A program made the position numbers and the translations under genes. Positions 48,708 to 61,600 of a DNA stretch of 64,000 bases are shown here, in pieces. Within the stretch, counting starts at the first letter, position 1. Every line of letters begins with the position of its first letter. This DNA comes from Azolla caroliniana (lineage: Eukaryota > Plantae > Polypodiophyta), in NCBI GenBank assembly GCA_043228905.1, contig JBHGNT010000009.1, positions 9,424,001 through 9,488,000 on the forward strand, read 5' to 3'. Below the pieces are notes generated by a model. The model did not search any database. It was not told the DNA's origin and saw only the letters and a list, made by a program, of their open reading frames with translations.

Positions 48708-48725
48708 CATGACACTATCTCCCCC

Positions 48726-51700
48726 TTAAAGACGACGAGTGGAACGAGTCAGCGCTACTTGCGGACCGGGTTTGTCCGGATATTTTCGGTGGAAATCAGC
48801 AAGAAGATCTTGTGCATTGGCAACATTTTCGACGGGTTCCCAAGTACGTTCGCTCGGACTATAACCGAGCCAATCGACCAAGTAATAGAGTTTGTTGCGA
48901 ACAAGTTTGGAATCGAGGATGGCAGCAACTTCATACTCCGGGCCGGCGTCCAACTCCAGTGGGGGCGGCGGTGGTGTCACACGATCGGGAATGGTGTTTG
49001 CTTTATAAGGTTCAAGAAGAGAACAATGGAAAACCGGATGTATCTGAAGCTGCGGAGGGAGATCAAGGCGGAAGGTGACATCATTAATCTTCCCCGTAAT
49101 ACGGAAAGGACCGAGTCGTCGATAATCCAACTTGTCGCACGGTCGAGTAGTCTTGATGTGACGACGTAAGAGCCATACTCGATCTCCGATGGCAAAAGAG
49201 GAGGGAATCCGATGACGATCCGCATAAGTCTTCTGTGTGTGTTGAGCATGACGAAGGTGAGTAGAGAGATCCATCTGGATCTTGCGTAGCCTCTCCAAAT
49301 GATCCTCGGCACGAGGGTTGGTAGGTAGCTCCGGAGTGTCGATCACCGACCAGCGAGGATGGAAACCGGTATAAGCGAAAAATGGGGAGACCCGAGTCGA
49401 GGAGTGAATAGCATTATTATACGCAAACTCCGCAAAGTGGAGAATCTCGGCCCAATCGTCCTGTTGATAACTCAGGAAACACCGGAGATATTGCTCCAGC
49501 GTTTGGTTTGTTCGTTCCGCCTGTCCGTCGGTCTGAGGATGGTAGCCGGAGGAGAGGTTGCAGGAGACCTTGAGCATCTTGAAGAGATGCTGCCAAAATT
49601 TGGAGACAAATTGCGGGCCTCGGTCACTGATAATACTGTCTGGGAGGCCATGATGCCGAAAAACCTCACGCATAACAAGAGCGGCGGTTTCCTCGCTAGT
49701 GATGGCTTTAGTACATGGCACAAAATGTGCCATCTTCGTATATCGATCGACGACGGTTAGGATAGCATCGAACCCTTTCGAGACCGGCAGATCTGTGATA
49801 AAATCAAGACAAATAGACTGCCATGGCTTACTTGGAATTGGTAAAGGTTCCAACAAGCCATATGGACGGTGTCGTGGCATCTTTGCTCGGCAGCAAGCAT
49901 CACAGGTCCGAACGTAGTCGTCGACAAAACGGCGCATGTGGGGCCACCAAAAAGATCGCTGCACTAGCTCCAACGTCTTAGTACTACCGAAATGTCCCGC
50001 CGTATGGGTGTCGTGACAATGTTGGACAATTTGAAGGCGACAGGAGCAATCGGGGACATATACGCGCTTTTTAAAGAATAACAAACCATCATGATATTCG
50101 AATTGTCGGTAGTCAATACCTGGTTGTTGAGACTGAGAACAGGATGCCCGAGAAGTATCAATGTGCGCCAGGATGTCTTGAGCAAAACTATCCGTCTTCA
50201 AGGTTGCACGTATGTCATCGATAATCCGTGAATCCATCGGGGTGTGAAAAATCCGCGTCGTGTGCAATCGTGTTGGTCCCAAGATTACTTGCTTTTGATT
50301 ATCAAATGTTGCTTCACCAGGACGAGGTGCAAGATATGAACGTCGTGATAGTGCATCTGCTTTTCCTTGCTGCTTCCCCGGTCGATATGTGATTTTGAAG
50401 TCGAAACGCGTGAGGAATTGCGCCCACCGAGCTTGCCGTCGATTTAGTACACGAGCGTTCTGAAAATAAGCAAGATTTTTATGATCGCTGAAGACAATGA
50501 CCTGATGTGGAGAGCCCTCTAAGAAATGCCGCCATTGTACAAATGAATCCACGATGGCTAATAACTCCTTGTCATGTATTTCGTAGTTGATTTCTGCGAC
50601 ATCGAATTTGCGCGAATGGAAAGCCACCGGATGCAACTCTTCTTTATCACCTTGTTGAGAAAGGATGCTACCGAGGGCGAAATCTGATGCGTCGGCCTCC
50701 ATGATGAATGGTTTGCTTGTATCCACATGAGCTAGAATCGGTGCTGATGTAAAGGCTTTCTTAAGATGCCGAAAAGCCATATCTGCTTCAATGGACCAAA
50801 GAAATGCTTGGCCCTTCTTTGTAAGTTGTGTGAGAGGTAAAATAATCTTCGAGTAATCCTGTATAAACTTACGGTAGAAGTTAGCAAAACCTAGAAAACA
50901 TTGTACATCTCGTACCGACCGTGGAATTTGCCACTCTAGTACAGTTTGGATCTTAGCTGGATCCATGGCGATGCCCTTTGAGGAGATGACGTAGCCTAGA
51001 AATTCCACTTGCTTGCAGTCAAAGCTACATTTTTCTAGCTTGGCATAAAGACCATTCTCGCGGAGTCGCTTTAGTACTAATAGTACATGAGAGTCGTGCT
51101 CTTCCTGGGTCTTCGAATAAATCAACAGATCATCCAGATAAATGATCAAACAGATATCCAAGAGGTCTCTGAATATATCATTTGCCATGTGTTGGAAGAC
51201 TGCGGGTGCATTGGTTAGGCCAAACGGCATAACAGTATACTCAAAATGCCCATACCGCGTGCGAAAAGCGGTCTTCCACTCATCTCCCGGTCGGATCCGC
51301 ACGAGATTATACGCTCCGCGTAGGTCGATTTTAGTAAAAAAACTTGGCACCATTAACTCGCTCTAAAAGACTTGATATAAGAGGAAGTGCATACCTATTC
51401 CGGATGGTGACTTTATTTAATCCGCGGTAATCAACGACAAGACGAAGTGAGCCATCTTTCTTCTTGACAAAGAAGATGGGTGCACCGGCCGGAGATTTCG
51501 AATGACGGATGAACCCGCTTGCCAAGTTCTCCTCTATGTAGGCTCGAAGGACTTCTAACTCGGTGGGTGACAGGTTGTAAATTGGTCCCCATGGTGGCTC
51601 GGTTCCTGGTTGTAAATCGATGGGACAGTCATAGGGACGGTGATGAGGAAGGGTACCGGCTTTTACCTTGTCAAATACATCGGCATAAGGATGATATTTT

Positions 51701-52305
51701 GCCGGAAGTTGTACTGAGGAGTCCTTCTTAGTAGTGCTGGAAGGATGTACTGATATGGAAAATAGGAACATTGCCTCCTTGGGTCCTTCTTCGCGTAGTT
51801 GATGGAGTGAAATGGTCGAAACTCGGCGAGTTGATTCTTGGGGTGGTCGATATCGGACTTCTCTTGTTCTCCAATCTATGGCTGGATTATGTAACTCAAG
51901 CCAAGGTAATCCTAGGACAATGGGATGCTCTGGACTACTAATTATATTAAATGATATTATACACACAAAACTACCTAGGACAACTTGAATGGGTTCTGAT
52001 TCTTCTACAATATTCCCGGAAGCAATGGGACGACCATCAATGACCACTACAGATGCGGGACAAGGAAGTTTTCTTAAGGATATCTGAGAAGCTTGGGCAA
52101 AATTTCGATCCATGAAACAGGAATTAGCTCCGGAATCTAAAAGTGCTAGGACGGGTACTGGGGGAGTACTTTTAGTACTAACAATGACTTGGGCTAGGAA
52201 CACATTGCTAACTTGCTTGGAAGGAATGGAACCACTAATGGGCTGTACAGATCTAGGGCTGCTGTCCAACCAAATGGCTCCTATTTTGGCTGGACTCAAT
52301 CGTTT
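48726..52305 (-). CDS. Chromovirus pol (PR-RT-RNase H-INT-chromodomain) with a single +1 frameshift in an A7 run at ~51340
   Basis: LLDSGA, YLDD, DASD, HHCC/DDE, LGPF, and chromodomain [11 protein letters not shown]...YLVDWLGY...TWEP. Confidence 0.92.
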
Positions 52306-53453
52306 AACTCTTCATCTAATTGACTAAGGATTTCAAATTTATTTGAGATACTTGGGCTATTAGTACTATGAATACTATCTGACACTCTATTAGTACTATT
52401 ACTACTATCAGACACTCCGAAGGGAAGAATTGACTCAGGTTTAGTACAGGCGACAATTTGATTTACCTGTCTTCTTGGCCTATGGGGACAATTGATGGCG
52501 ATATGTCCTGGTCCACCGCAATAAAGGCATAATCGATTGGCACGTCGTCGTTGCTTTTCTTCTTCCGATAACGGGCCGCGTCGACGCATGGTATCGATCT
52601 CCATCGGTGTCGAAGTATTTGCTTGAGGTATGTCTCGTGCAAACGGTTTAGCCGCGACTGCGGCGTAAGTGGGCTCTGGCCTAGAGCGTGGTATCTGTAA
52701 TTGACGTTCTGAACGTCGTTCAAAAAGGCGGTTGTCACATCGAACTGCTCGACTGATTGCCTCCGTAAGAGACTTTGGTTCTTCGGGGAAAGTTAGAAGT
52801 AGATCTTTGACATCGTTTCGCAAGCCATAGCGAAACTGCTCCATTAGTGCTTGATCATCCCAGGGTATATCTGAAGCAAGTAGGCAGAAATCCGCCGCGT
52901 AGGCAGAGGCTGGACGATCGCCTTGACGCAATCGCCGGATCTTGTTGATCGCCGTCCTGATGCTGTCGGTGTCTCCAAAGCAGGCTTTAAACTCACCAAT
53001 AAAATCTTCAAAGTTATTAAGCAAGGGCGATTGTTTTTCTAGAAGCGGAGCGAACCATGCCAAGGCTGAGCCGCTAAGTAGCGTGCCTATTAGGCCGACT
53101 CGAGATGCATCAGTGGGATATCGGGAAGGATGCATCTGGATGACTAAGCGTACCTGATTAAGGAATCCCCGAAATTGCGAACGCGTTCCATCAAATTTCA
53201 CAGGAAGTCCAATCTTGGGCTCTTTATGAAATCCTTGGGGACTGGATCCTTGTTGTTGCAACGCTGCTTCGAGTTGTTGTACCCGTAACGCTAACTCCCC
53301 ATGTTGTTGTTGCGTTTGTTGTTTTTCTAGAGCGATTTGTTGCAGATCCCCTATCAGCCGTTGGTTTTCTTGTTCCAAGGCAACAAACTTTTCTTTTAGG
53401 CACTGTAGCTCGGAGAAAACGGATTGGTATTCTTGGGCGCTAACAGTAGCCAT
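52296..53453 (-). CDS. Chromovirus Gag (coiled coil, capsid, CCHC knuckle)
   Basis: 385-aa intact ORF with [36 protein letters not shown]. Confidence 0.93.
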   Translation of the reverse strand: MATVSAQEYQSVFSELQCLKEKFVALEQENQRLIGDLQQIALEKQQTQQQHGELALRVQQLEAALQQQGSSPQGFHKEPKIGLPVKFDGTRSQFRGFLNQVRLVIQMHPSRYPTDASRVGLIGTLLSGSALAWFAPLLEKQSPLLNNFEDFIGEFKACFGDTDSIRTAINKIRRLRQGDRPASAYAADFCLLASDIPWDDQALMEQFRYGLRNDVKDLLLTFPEEPKSLTEAISRAVRCDNRLFERRSERQLQIPRSRPEPTYAAVAAKPFARDIPQANTSTPMEIDTMRRRGPLSEEEKQRRRANRLCLYCGGPGHIAINCPHRPRRQVNQIVACTKPESILPFGVSDSSNSTNRVSDSIHSTNSPSISNKFEILSQLDEELND

Positions 53454-54115
53454 AGTATAGGGGAAAGGGTAGGAGGATGAGGGAGAGTGACAAGTAGGCT
53501 AGAGGAAAAAATTGGTTCAAACTGTCAGGAATAGTACTAAAACAGAGATGGAATTAGTACTAAGAAGAGTAGTACTATTAGTACTAAGAGGACGGGACTG
53601 CGTAAGATTCCCGAGAGAGAGGAAGTGAGAAGAGGAGAGAGAGAGAGAAAATAGGATGATGACAGCAGCTCTTATATTATATGAAAGATAAGTACAAATC
53701 GACTAAGAGGCTTAAGACTGGTGTTGAACCAATTTGGTTCAACATAATGCTTAGTGCCTTCTTTTATAGTGTTCTCAGGAATAATCCTGAAGCTTCTAGA
53801 ATGTTCCAGAGAAATCTGGAATATACATTACTTTCTTATAATAAAACATAAATGAAAATAATATTCTATGAATTACAATAGATGGTGAGATGGTTAAGAG
53901 CTCGACCCATATACCATAAGGTCATGGGTTCGAGTCTTGCCATCTCATGACAAGCACGTCATTTGGTGGTCATGCATTAGCCTGTTTAAGGTGGGGATAT
54001 CGTGTGATGTTATGTATACATACAACTTTACAAGATTATCTATAACATTTTATTATAGCATTGAAGTATATAATAAAGGTCATTGGTTTAAGTCCCTATA
54101 TGATTATCTTATGAT

Positions 54116-54146
<31 letters not shown>

Positions 54147-54299
54147 GATATATAGATATATATATAGATATGCAATTTTGTATAAATGTTCATGATAGTC
54201 TTTACACCACATTGCAGAATAGCCACACATGATCGTCAACTTGAAACTTTTGTGTCTATAGTGAGGAATCAAGTCGATCAAGATCCACACCCAAAGCTC

Positions 54300-54710
54300 T
54301 AATCCTTGGTCTTACTCCCAGTCCCATCTTTGCTCAAAAGAATGTTTTATTTTCATGAATCTATTGATCGATTTTTATAGCTTCAAGTTCCATCAATAAA
54401 AGTAAAATTGATACAATTGACTATCATCTCCGATCTATGACGAGATACTTTGAAGGAAAAAATCATATTCATAAGTTTCCAAGATGAAGGGCTTGTATTC
54501 ATCAACATGAAGTGAAATGGGAATATATTTAAACACTCATTTCACGCTTTAAACACCTCATTTACATTTGAGGTCCACAAACAGTTCTTTCTTTGTTTAA
54601 GTTGTAAGAAACAATTTAATCTTAGTGAAGATAGGTCCAAATAGCTTCAAAACATCTCATTTGCCATATGTTGAAAGTTTATTGGCATGTACATGAGACT
54701 GAAAGGTAAT
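54300..54710 (-). pseudogene. Highly decayed chromovirus RT/RNase H remnant
   Basis: LPFSLMYMPINFQHMANEMF resembles [31 protein letters not shown] resembles [11 protein letters not shown]. Confidence 0.55.
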
Positions 54711-54970
54711 TTTCCATTCATCCCTTGGATGACCTTAAACAAGGTTGTATGCACCTCAAACATCTAGCTTTTGTGAATTATTTGGATTAAAAAGACTAAA
54801 AGGCAGTTTTCCGTTCATCCCTTGGATGAAATTAGACGAGGTTTTATGCCTCTCAAAGACTAACTTTGTGAAGTATTTGGATTCATGAAACTAAACTATA
54901 GTTTTCCAATCATCCCTTGGATGAATTCAAACAAGGTTGTTTGCACCTCGAAGATCTAGCTTTGTGAAGT
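54705..54970. repeat. ~95-bp degenerate tandem repeat x3
   Basis: ttttcc.ttcatcccttggatga recurs at ~54710, 54807 and 54902. Confidence 0.8.
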
Positions 54971-55789
54971 TTTGAGGTTAATGGCATAGCATGTCTCTTT
55001 AGAAAGGTGACCTTGTTCAATTCTCAAAAAACCATGACCAAACAAAGAACCTTCCAACTTTTCACAAAGAACATGATTGCACCCATAAGGAACCTTGAAT
55101 ACCAAATGAATCCATTATTCTGCAAAATCTTACCAATATATCCTAGAAGAACTCCAAGCCCTCATGGGGTACCCATGGCAACTCTTTCCGTTGTGTAAAT
55201 TGATATAACAATCATAAGGTGAATTCTTCAAGCACCTTAGGCACATGTGTTGGATTTAGTTCCTCGTTTTATTTGACTTTCCTTGTCCAATTTCTCTTGT
55301 CTAAATACTCCCAATCAAATCAACTCATCCTCTTCCATCAATCCCCTCATATGCCCTTATCTAATCGTCCAATCTCCCATGGTCCACTCATTCCTTCATT
55401 CGTACATTCACACATCATCCCATTTGATCTTCTAATGTTCATGAGGGGTTTTGTCAATTAATCAAACTGCATAGGGACAAAAATTTCATGGTTATGCTTT
55501 TAAACATATAAGAAGTCAGTGCTAAAGACTTTATCTACAATTGCTTTCTCACATATGTTCAAAGAAATTATATTAAGGAGAAAATGAGAGAATTCAACTT
55601 GAATATACACAATGCAAAGCTCCCAACCAAGCACACATGCGAGATCATACCTAGTGAAGATGTTTGAAAAAACAAGATTAAATAGAATGTCTAATGCACC
55701 AAATGCTTAAATGTATGTGACAGCACTCAAATGAGCAATCTCACAACTAAGAGCTATGATTACAACATGCAAAAAACATTAACATTTCT

Positions 55790-57313
55790 AGATGATTATG
55801 ATGAAAAGAGATTTTAATGTTTCTAGGAGATTTTTTATAGGTATTTTGAGGGCATGGAAGGACATCAGAGAGGCTCTTCTATTTCAACTGCCATCAACAA
55901 AAGCCCAGTTTCTAAGGCAACCATTTCTAGCGAATCCTTTGTTTACTGATAGCTCTAGTTGTGTTTTAGGTATTAGGCCGCATTTATCATGGGGGAAAAT
56001 GGACTCAGGACCAGCTACTAGGGAGCGGTTTCAATTTCTCTCGAATGAGGACAAACAACAATTCTTGTCTTCATTACGTGGGGGATGTTTGATGTCCATT
56101 CACATTCAGCGGGCTTTTCAGAATCGTCAAAGGAAAATTAACTTACATAATAATTATACATGGCACAATCTTTTCTCTCCTTTGGGCATTTTAATAGGTG
56201 TCAATGCATACACTAACGAGGGTAGAAAAAGATTTTATGAGGTTGGAGAAGCTGGTCTCTTATATTTAGTGGAAGACGAAGCTGAAGTTATGCAACTAGC
56301 AACTGAAGGGTCATTGCTAGGTTAGACAAGAAGATTTTCTTAGATCCTAACCCTTTTTTAGCAGACCATGCACGACAATTGTGGGCATTTCAAAGTAAGC
56401 CGATGGAACACCTTAAATGGGATCCGGCTGATTATGCATGGCGGTTAGCTGGAAGGTCCTCAACAAATGAACAAGAAAGTAGGACTCTCCCTTTTTTCTA
56501 GAATTTTGTGTCCTATGGGAGACGCTTCTTGTTGCAATGGCATTGTGTAAGTCCTGCTGCACAAAAGCATTGGGAGTCATGTGCAATATCCTCTCAATAT
56601 GTAGCGGCTTACTAGAAACATTTATGGGCTCTACCATGTCTGCGGAGAGCCATTTCTTTTAAGTGGTTATTACTTCATTATGCCTTACCTGTAGGTTTTC
56701 ATCTAAAAGGACAAGTTGATGATCGTCATTGTGTGTGTTGCCAATTACAGGAGGAGACTTTGAAACATTTGTTCTAGACTTGTATTGCAGCTCAAAATTA
56801 TTGGGGAAGAATATTGAGGATGTTTTCATGTACATATAGAGGAGCGATTTTTACATGGGGGCTATTTTTTGGGGGTCTTTGAATCTGCAGGTATCCATGT
56901 ACGAAGGGCAACAAGGTGTAGAAGCATTGCGTGTATCAGAGAATAGAATTGAAGTGGTTTTCCCGAACATTGCGGGTGGTAAATATTTTAAAAAGGCTTT
57001 TATTTGGAATATTGTTTCGATTAATGCTTTATGGGTGTGGTGGAAGTGTCGGTGCAACAAGAAATATGAAGGTATCGAGTATAATGTGGTGGATATGATA
57101 AAGATGTTCTGGGACAACTTGATACACACAGGTAGGGGAGAGCATGATAATATCAGAGGAACAACAGAAAAGGTGCATAAGAAAAGAAGAAAATTTAGAC
57201 AAATATGGTGGCCAATACCTCTATGGTTGGATGGGACACTTGAAAATAGTTGGAATTATGTGCCTCCACGATGGTTGTTTCCTCCACCTAGTCGTTTCTT
57301 ATTTCATTCTTAA
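55790..57313 (+). mobile_element. 5'-truncated LINE (L1-like) ORF2 C-terminal fragment
   Basis: zf-RVT-like HCVCCQLQEETLKHLF*.C at ~56730-56785, and W..WKCRC motif. Stops and frameshifts. Confidence 0.75.
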
Positions 57314-57319
57314 GTTGGG

Positions 57320-58255
57320 ATGAAATATACTTCCTTCACATGAGAACATAACTTTTTGAATTTTTTGTGTTTGAGAAGGAAGTTGATATGTTGGGGTTCA
57401 TTGGCGATAGAGAGATTATTGATGTGGATTGAAGGAAGTTCATTTTTTGTTTTTGTCAGGATCAGTGATGATGTTGTAGGGGCTGAAGCGTTATCATGAG
57501 AAGGTGAGGAACTTTTTAGACTCATTTTTTGATGTCTGTACAGGATGTTAATGCTAATTGGCGACATGGCAAGATGGTTGGCCAAATGTTAATGTGGATT
57601 GAATGAAGAAGATTTTATGTTGTTCATTAGGATGAGTGATGATGACGGTAGAGATTGAAGCATAGTGCTATGTTGAGAGGATGAGTGAGGATGGTGTGGA
57701 GGCCGAAGCAAATCATGAGGGAAGGAGGAAATATTTTAGACTCATTTTGTTGTTATTTGTACAGGAATTTAGTGGTAATCAACAAGATGGTTGATGTGGA
57801 CTGAATGAAGAAAAAATTTTATGTGATAAGGATGAGTGAAGATGGTGGGGGGGTTGAAGTCGACTACCATGAGTAGGTGAGGACACTTTTTAGACTCTTT
57901 TTTTGTTGTCAATACAGGATTTTGGTGGGCATCGACGACATGCCAAGATGGTCGGCGAGATCGAGATGTTGATGTGGACTGAATGAAGAAGATTTTAGGT
58001 TTCTCGTTATGATGAGTGATGATGGTGTGGCGGTAGGGTTGAAGCATAGTAGCATGATGAGAGGATGAGTGATGACGGTGTGGGGGTCGAAGCAGATCAT
58101 GACGGGAGGAGGAAATAGTCTAGAGTCATTTTGTTGTTAGTTGTACAGGAACTTGGCGTTAATCGGTGAGATGGTTTGTGGACTGAATGAAGAATTTTTT
58201 GTGATAAGGATGAGTGAATATGGTGGGGGTGGGGGTTGAAGCATATTTTCTTGAG
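57320..58255. repeat. Degenerate tandem array, 170-210-bp unit x~5
   Basis: gatgtgga(c/t)tgaatgaagaa, atgagtga and tagactcatttt recur at ~57421, 57592, 57793, 57970 and 58177. Confidence 0.8.
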
Positions 58256-58263
58256 GTTATGAG

Positions 58264-59368
58264 GTGACTTTTTCATTCTATTGTCATAGGTACATCATTA
58301 GTTTGCTTAGAGCATGTGCCTTGGTATGGTCATTGAGAGATGGGTATGTTTTTCATGAACATGGGGTTCGGGATGAGATTGAAAAAGATGTCATGGTCGG
58401 TACTTCACTCGTCAATATGTATAGCAAATGTTGTGCTTTGGAAGAAGCTCCATCGACATTTGAAGATATGTGTGAGATGATTGTAGTCTCTTGGAATGCT
58501 TTAAGTGGAGCATATAGCAGCAACAAACAAGGGGGAAAAGAGGAAGCCCTTCATCTTTTTGTTCAATTGCAGCATTAAGGTGTAATGCCAGATGAGGTCA
58601 CTTTCATACAGATGTTTCATGCATGTGAAAACTCTCTAAAAGCTTCTCAAGAAGGAGAACACAAAACATGATGTAGTGAGCTTTCTAGGTGTTTTAACTA
58701 CGTGTGCAAATCTCACTTCATTAGATGACGGTAGAGAAACCCATGCACTTCTGGCAGAAATTGGTCTCGAATCGGAACTTTTTATCTTCAATTCACTTCT
58801 CAATATGTATGGGAAATGTAGATCTTTAGAGGTTGCTCATATAATTTTCCAGAAAACTGAGCAACGGAATCTAGTCACATGGAATGCAATAATCGCCACA
58901 TATGCTCAACGGGGCGATGCAAAGGAAACACTTCGGTTATTCCGACATATGCAGAAGGAAATGATCGCACCTGATCAAGTCACCTTTGTGAGCATATTTT
59001 CCGCATGCATTCATGAAGCCTAATTGGAAGAAGGCCTCAATTGGTTTGAGACAAGGGTTATAAATTTTCAAATCTTGTCAAGCATTCAACTCAATGGTTG
59101 TAGGATCGATCTTTTCGAATGATTTGGAAAGTTAGCTAAGGCAGAAGACCTTATTTTCAGCAGGCCTATAGTGCCTGATGCTCAAGTTTGGAACACTTTT
59201 CTTGGTGCATGCAAGGCACACAATGATGATATCAAAGGATTGTTTGCAATTAATCATGCCATGAACATGGAACCTGAAGATGCAGCACCTTACATTTCTC
59301 TGTCAAATATGTATGATGGAGGGAGATTGGATGTGAAGGGACCAAATAAAGTTCTGGTGAAAATGTGA
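58264..59368 (+). pseudogene. PLS-class PPR protein pseudogene with E domain
   Basis: VGTSLVNMYSKC, NLVTWNAIIATYAQ, PDQVTFVSIFSAC, PDAQVWNTFLGACK..EPEDAAPYISLSNMY. Stops and frameshifts, no DYW domain seen. Confidence 0.88.
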
Positions 59369-59929
59369 ACATTGTTCTGGATGTGAAAAGTCTGATTCAT
59401 GAAGTTAAAGTTTGTTTATGCGGAGACATTTCTGGAATCTATTTACATGAAATATCTAGTGTGCTAGAATTCTGGTTTTTTATTTGCCACAATTAGTTTT
59501 GTTCTTGTCTCAAGCACATTTGAAAACCAAAAGAGTACTAGTTTCATAACTTCAAATGGTTGTGTTCTTAAAAGCGATGTCGAAGGCGATGTTGAAGGAA
59601 AATCATATTGTTTGTGAATAAGGTAAACTACAATTGTGATGGGCTCACTATGTTTGAAAACTAAAGCATTTGACAGGGAAGGGTATGCTAAGGTGTCCCA
59701 GAAAAGAAATTTGATGCAATGCAATGTGATGTTAACAAGGCGAGGTCAGACTGTGATTTGAATACTGAATCCTTACCACATTACTACAGTGAAAGATGCA
59801 AGACCATATACTTAAGGAGCAATTTGACATTGAATTTTTCTACCAAATTGTGAGGGTTAAAAATGCAGGACCATGTACTCAAGCAGCAACTTGAAAATTG
59901 AATCCTACTACCAAATTGCAATATTCAAC

Positions 59930-61600
59930 TATGCATCATCTTGGATGTGCTCATTGGAAGCATTCTAGTTTATATGAATGCAACATGTGGAAGTTTATCA
60001 AATGCATATAAACTGTTTGATGGGCTAAGAGTTAAAATTGTAGTTTCTTGGTCTATTGTTATTGCAAGGTATCAAGAACATGGAAATGATGAGAAAGCTC
60101 TTCATCTATATGACAACATGAGGGAGGAAGGCATACAAGCTAATGGATTGATATTTGTCGCGGTCCTTAAAGCTTGTGCAAATCTAGAGGCCCTAGAGAA
60201 AGGGAAATTAACACGTGCCGTTTTAAAAAAGATTGGGCTTCCATCAATAGATTTGTTGCAAGTATACTTGACATGTACAGAAAATGTGGTAGATTAGATG
60301 ATGCTCGAACTATGGTTGAAAATTTGTTTGTTAAGGATGTTGTGGCTTGGCCTACATTAATTTCAGGTCTCACTTCATATGGATGTGGAGATGAAGCATT
60401 AACTGTTTACGTAAAGATGAAGAATCATGGAACAAGGTCAAACTAAGTCATGCTAGTGAACCTTCTTAAAGCATGGTTGTTTACGTACCCGTATTTAACG
60501 TTTAAATACGTATAGTACCTCATAATTTGTATAGTACGTACTATACCTCAATGTTGTTAAGTCACATATCCTGTACATTTGTGCAATACAGTATTTAACG
60601 TACATTTGAAAAAACAGGTATAATACGTATTTATAAAAAAATGTAAGTAAAACCCCTACAAAAAAAGCAAAAGAAAAAAAAATAGTGAAAAAGAAGCAAA
60701 AAGAAGAGATGATGAAGAAGAAAAAGAAAAAGAGAGAGAAAAGAAGACAGAAACCTGTCTTGACTCTGAGTGTGATAATCACAGAAGATAGATGATGATG
60801 ATGATGATGATGATGATTATGACAGAAAAGAAGACAAAAACCTATCCCGAGTGTGATAATTGTAGACGGTTCCTCAATCTATGAAGGCATAATCATAAAT
60901 AATTACAATTTGAAGTAGAACGTCGTGATACACACTTACACTGATGTATAGAATAAGTGAATGTCGACATCCATATCATAAGTATTTTCGGATGCGAAAT
61001 GTTCAAATGTCTTAAGTATATGCATATTAGGATGTAGAACTATAATGTACATCACAAATTTGTGTAAACATAGATGCTTTTTACAATATTACAAATATGT
61101 TTTAGAAAGGTAATAATTTTCAAATGCTAGAAGTATTTAACGTACTATAAGTAAAATACGTATTTTATGTATTTTATAAGTATTTAACATATTAAAAAAC
61201 GTCTTTAACGTATTTTTAAATTGGGAGGTACAATATGCGTATTAATAATTTATATACGTATGGTTTCCGTACTGTATCTAACATACCTAACAACCTTGAC
61301 TTGAGCACAAGAGCACTAGATAGTGGCAAAATCATCCATTTGAGGTTGTGGAGCTAGACTTTGAGGTGGGCCCAACACTTGGAAATACTCTTGTTGATAG
61401 CCTACAGGTATGCAAAAGTTAGTAGTCTTGAGGATGCCTACAAGATGTTTGATCATCTTTTCTTAAAAGATATTGTATCTTGGAACACCATGATCGGTGG
61501 CTATCTAGATAATGGGTACAATTGTAGAGCTTTGGAATTATCAAAAAGGTTGGAGAAAGAGAGCATAATGCTTGGAGTAATATATCTGGATAATATGTTG
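59930..61600 (+). pseudogene. Second PLS-class PPR pseudogene fragment, split by an insertion
   Basis: PPR motifs at 59941-60471 resume at 61299 (LLKA|..STRALDSGKIIH, DIVSWNTMIGGY). Confidence 0.82.
60472..61298. mobile_element. Probable non-autonomous DNA transposon (hAT-like termini)
   Basis: Imperfect TIR CATGGTTGTT / AACAACCTTG, subterminal (t)acgta repeats, interrupts a PPR motif. TSD not recognisable. Confidence 0.5.

Larger units (their letters stand above)
48285..53952 (-). mobile_element. Very young full-length chromovirus (Tcn1/Tf1-like), 430-bp LTRs (48285-48714, 53523-53952), TSD AGCAC
   Basis: LTRs identical by eye. AGCAC at 48280-48284 and 53953-53957. PPT aagggggagatag. Confidence 0.97.
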
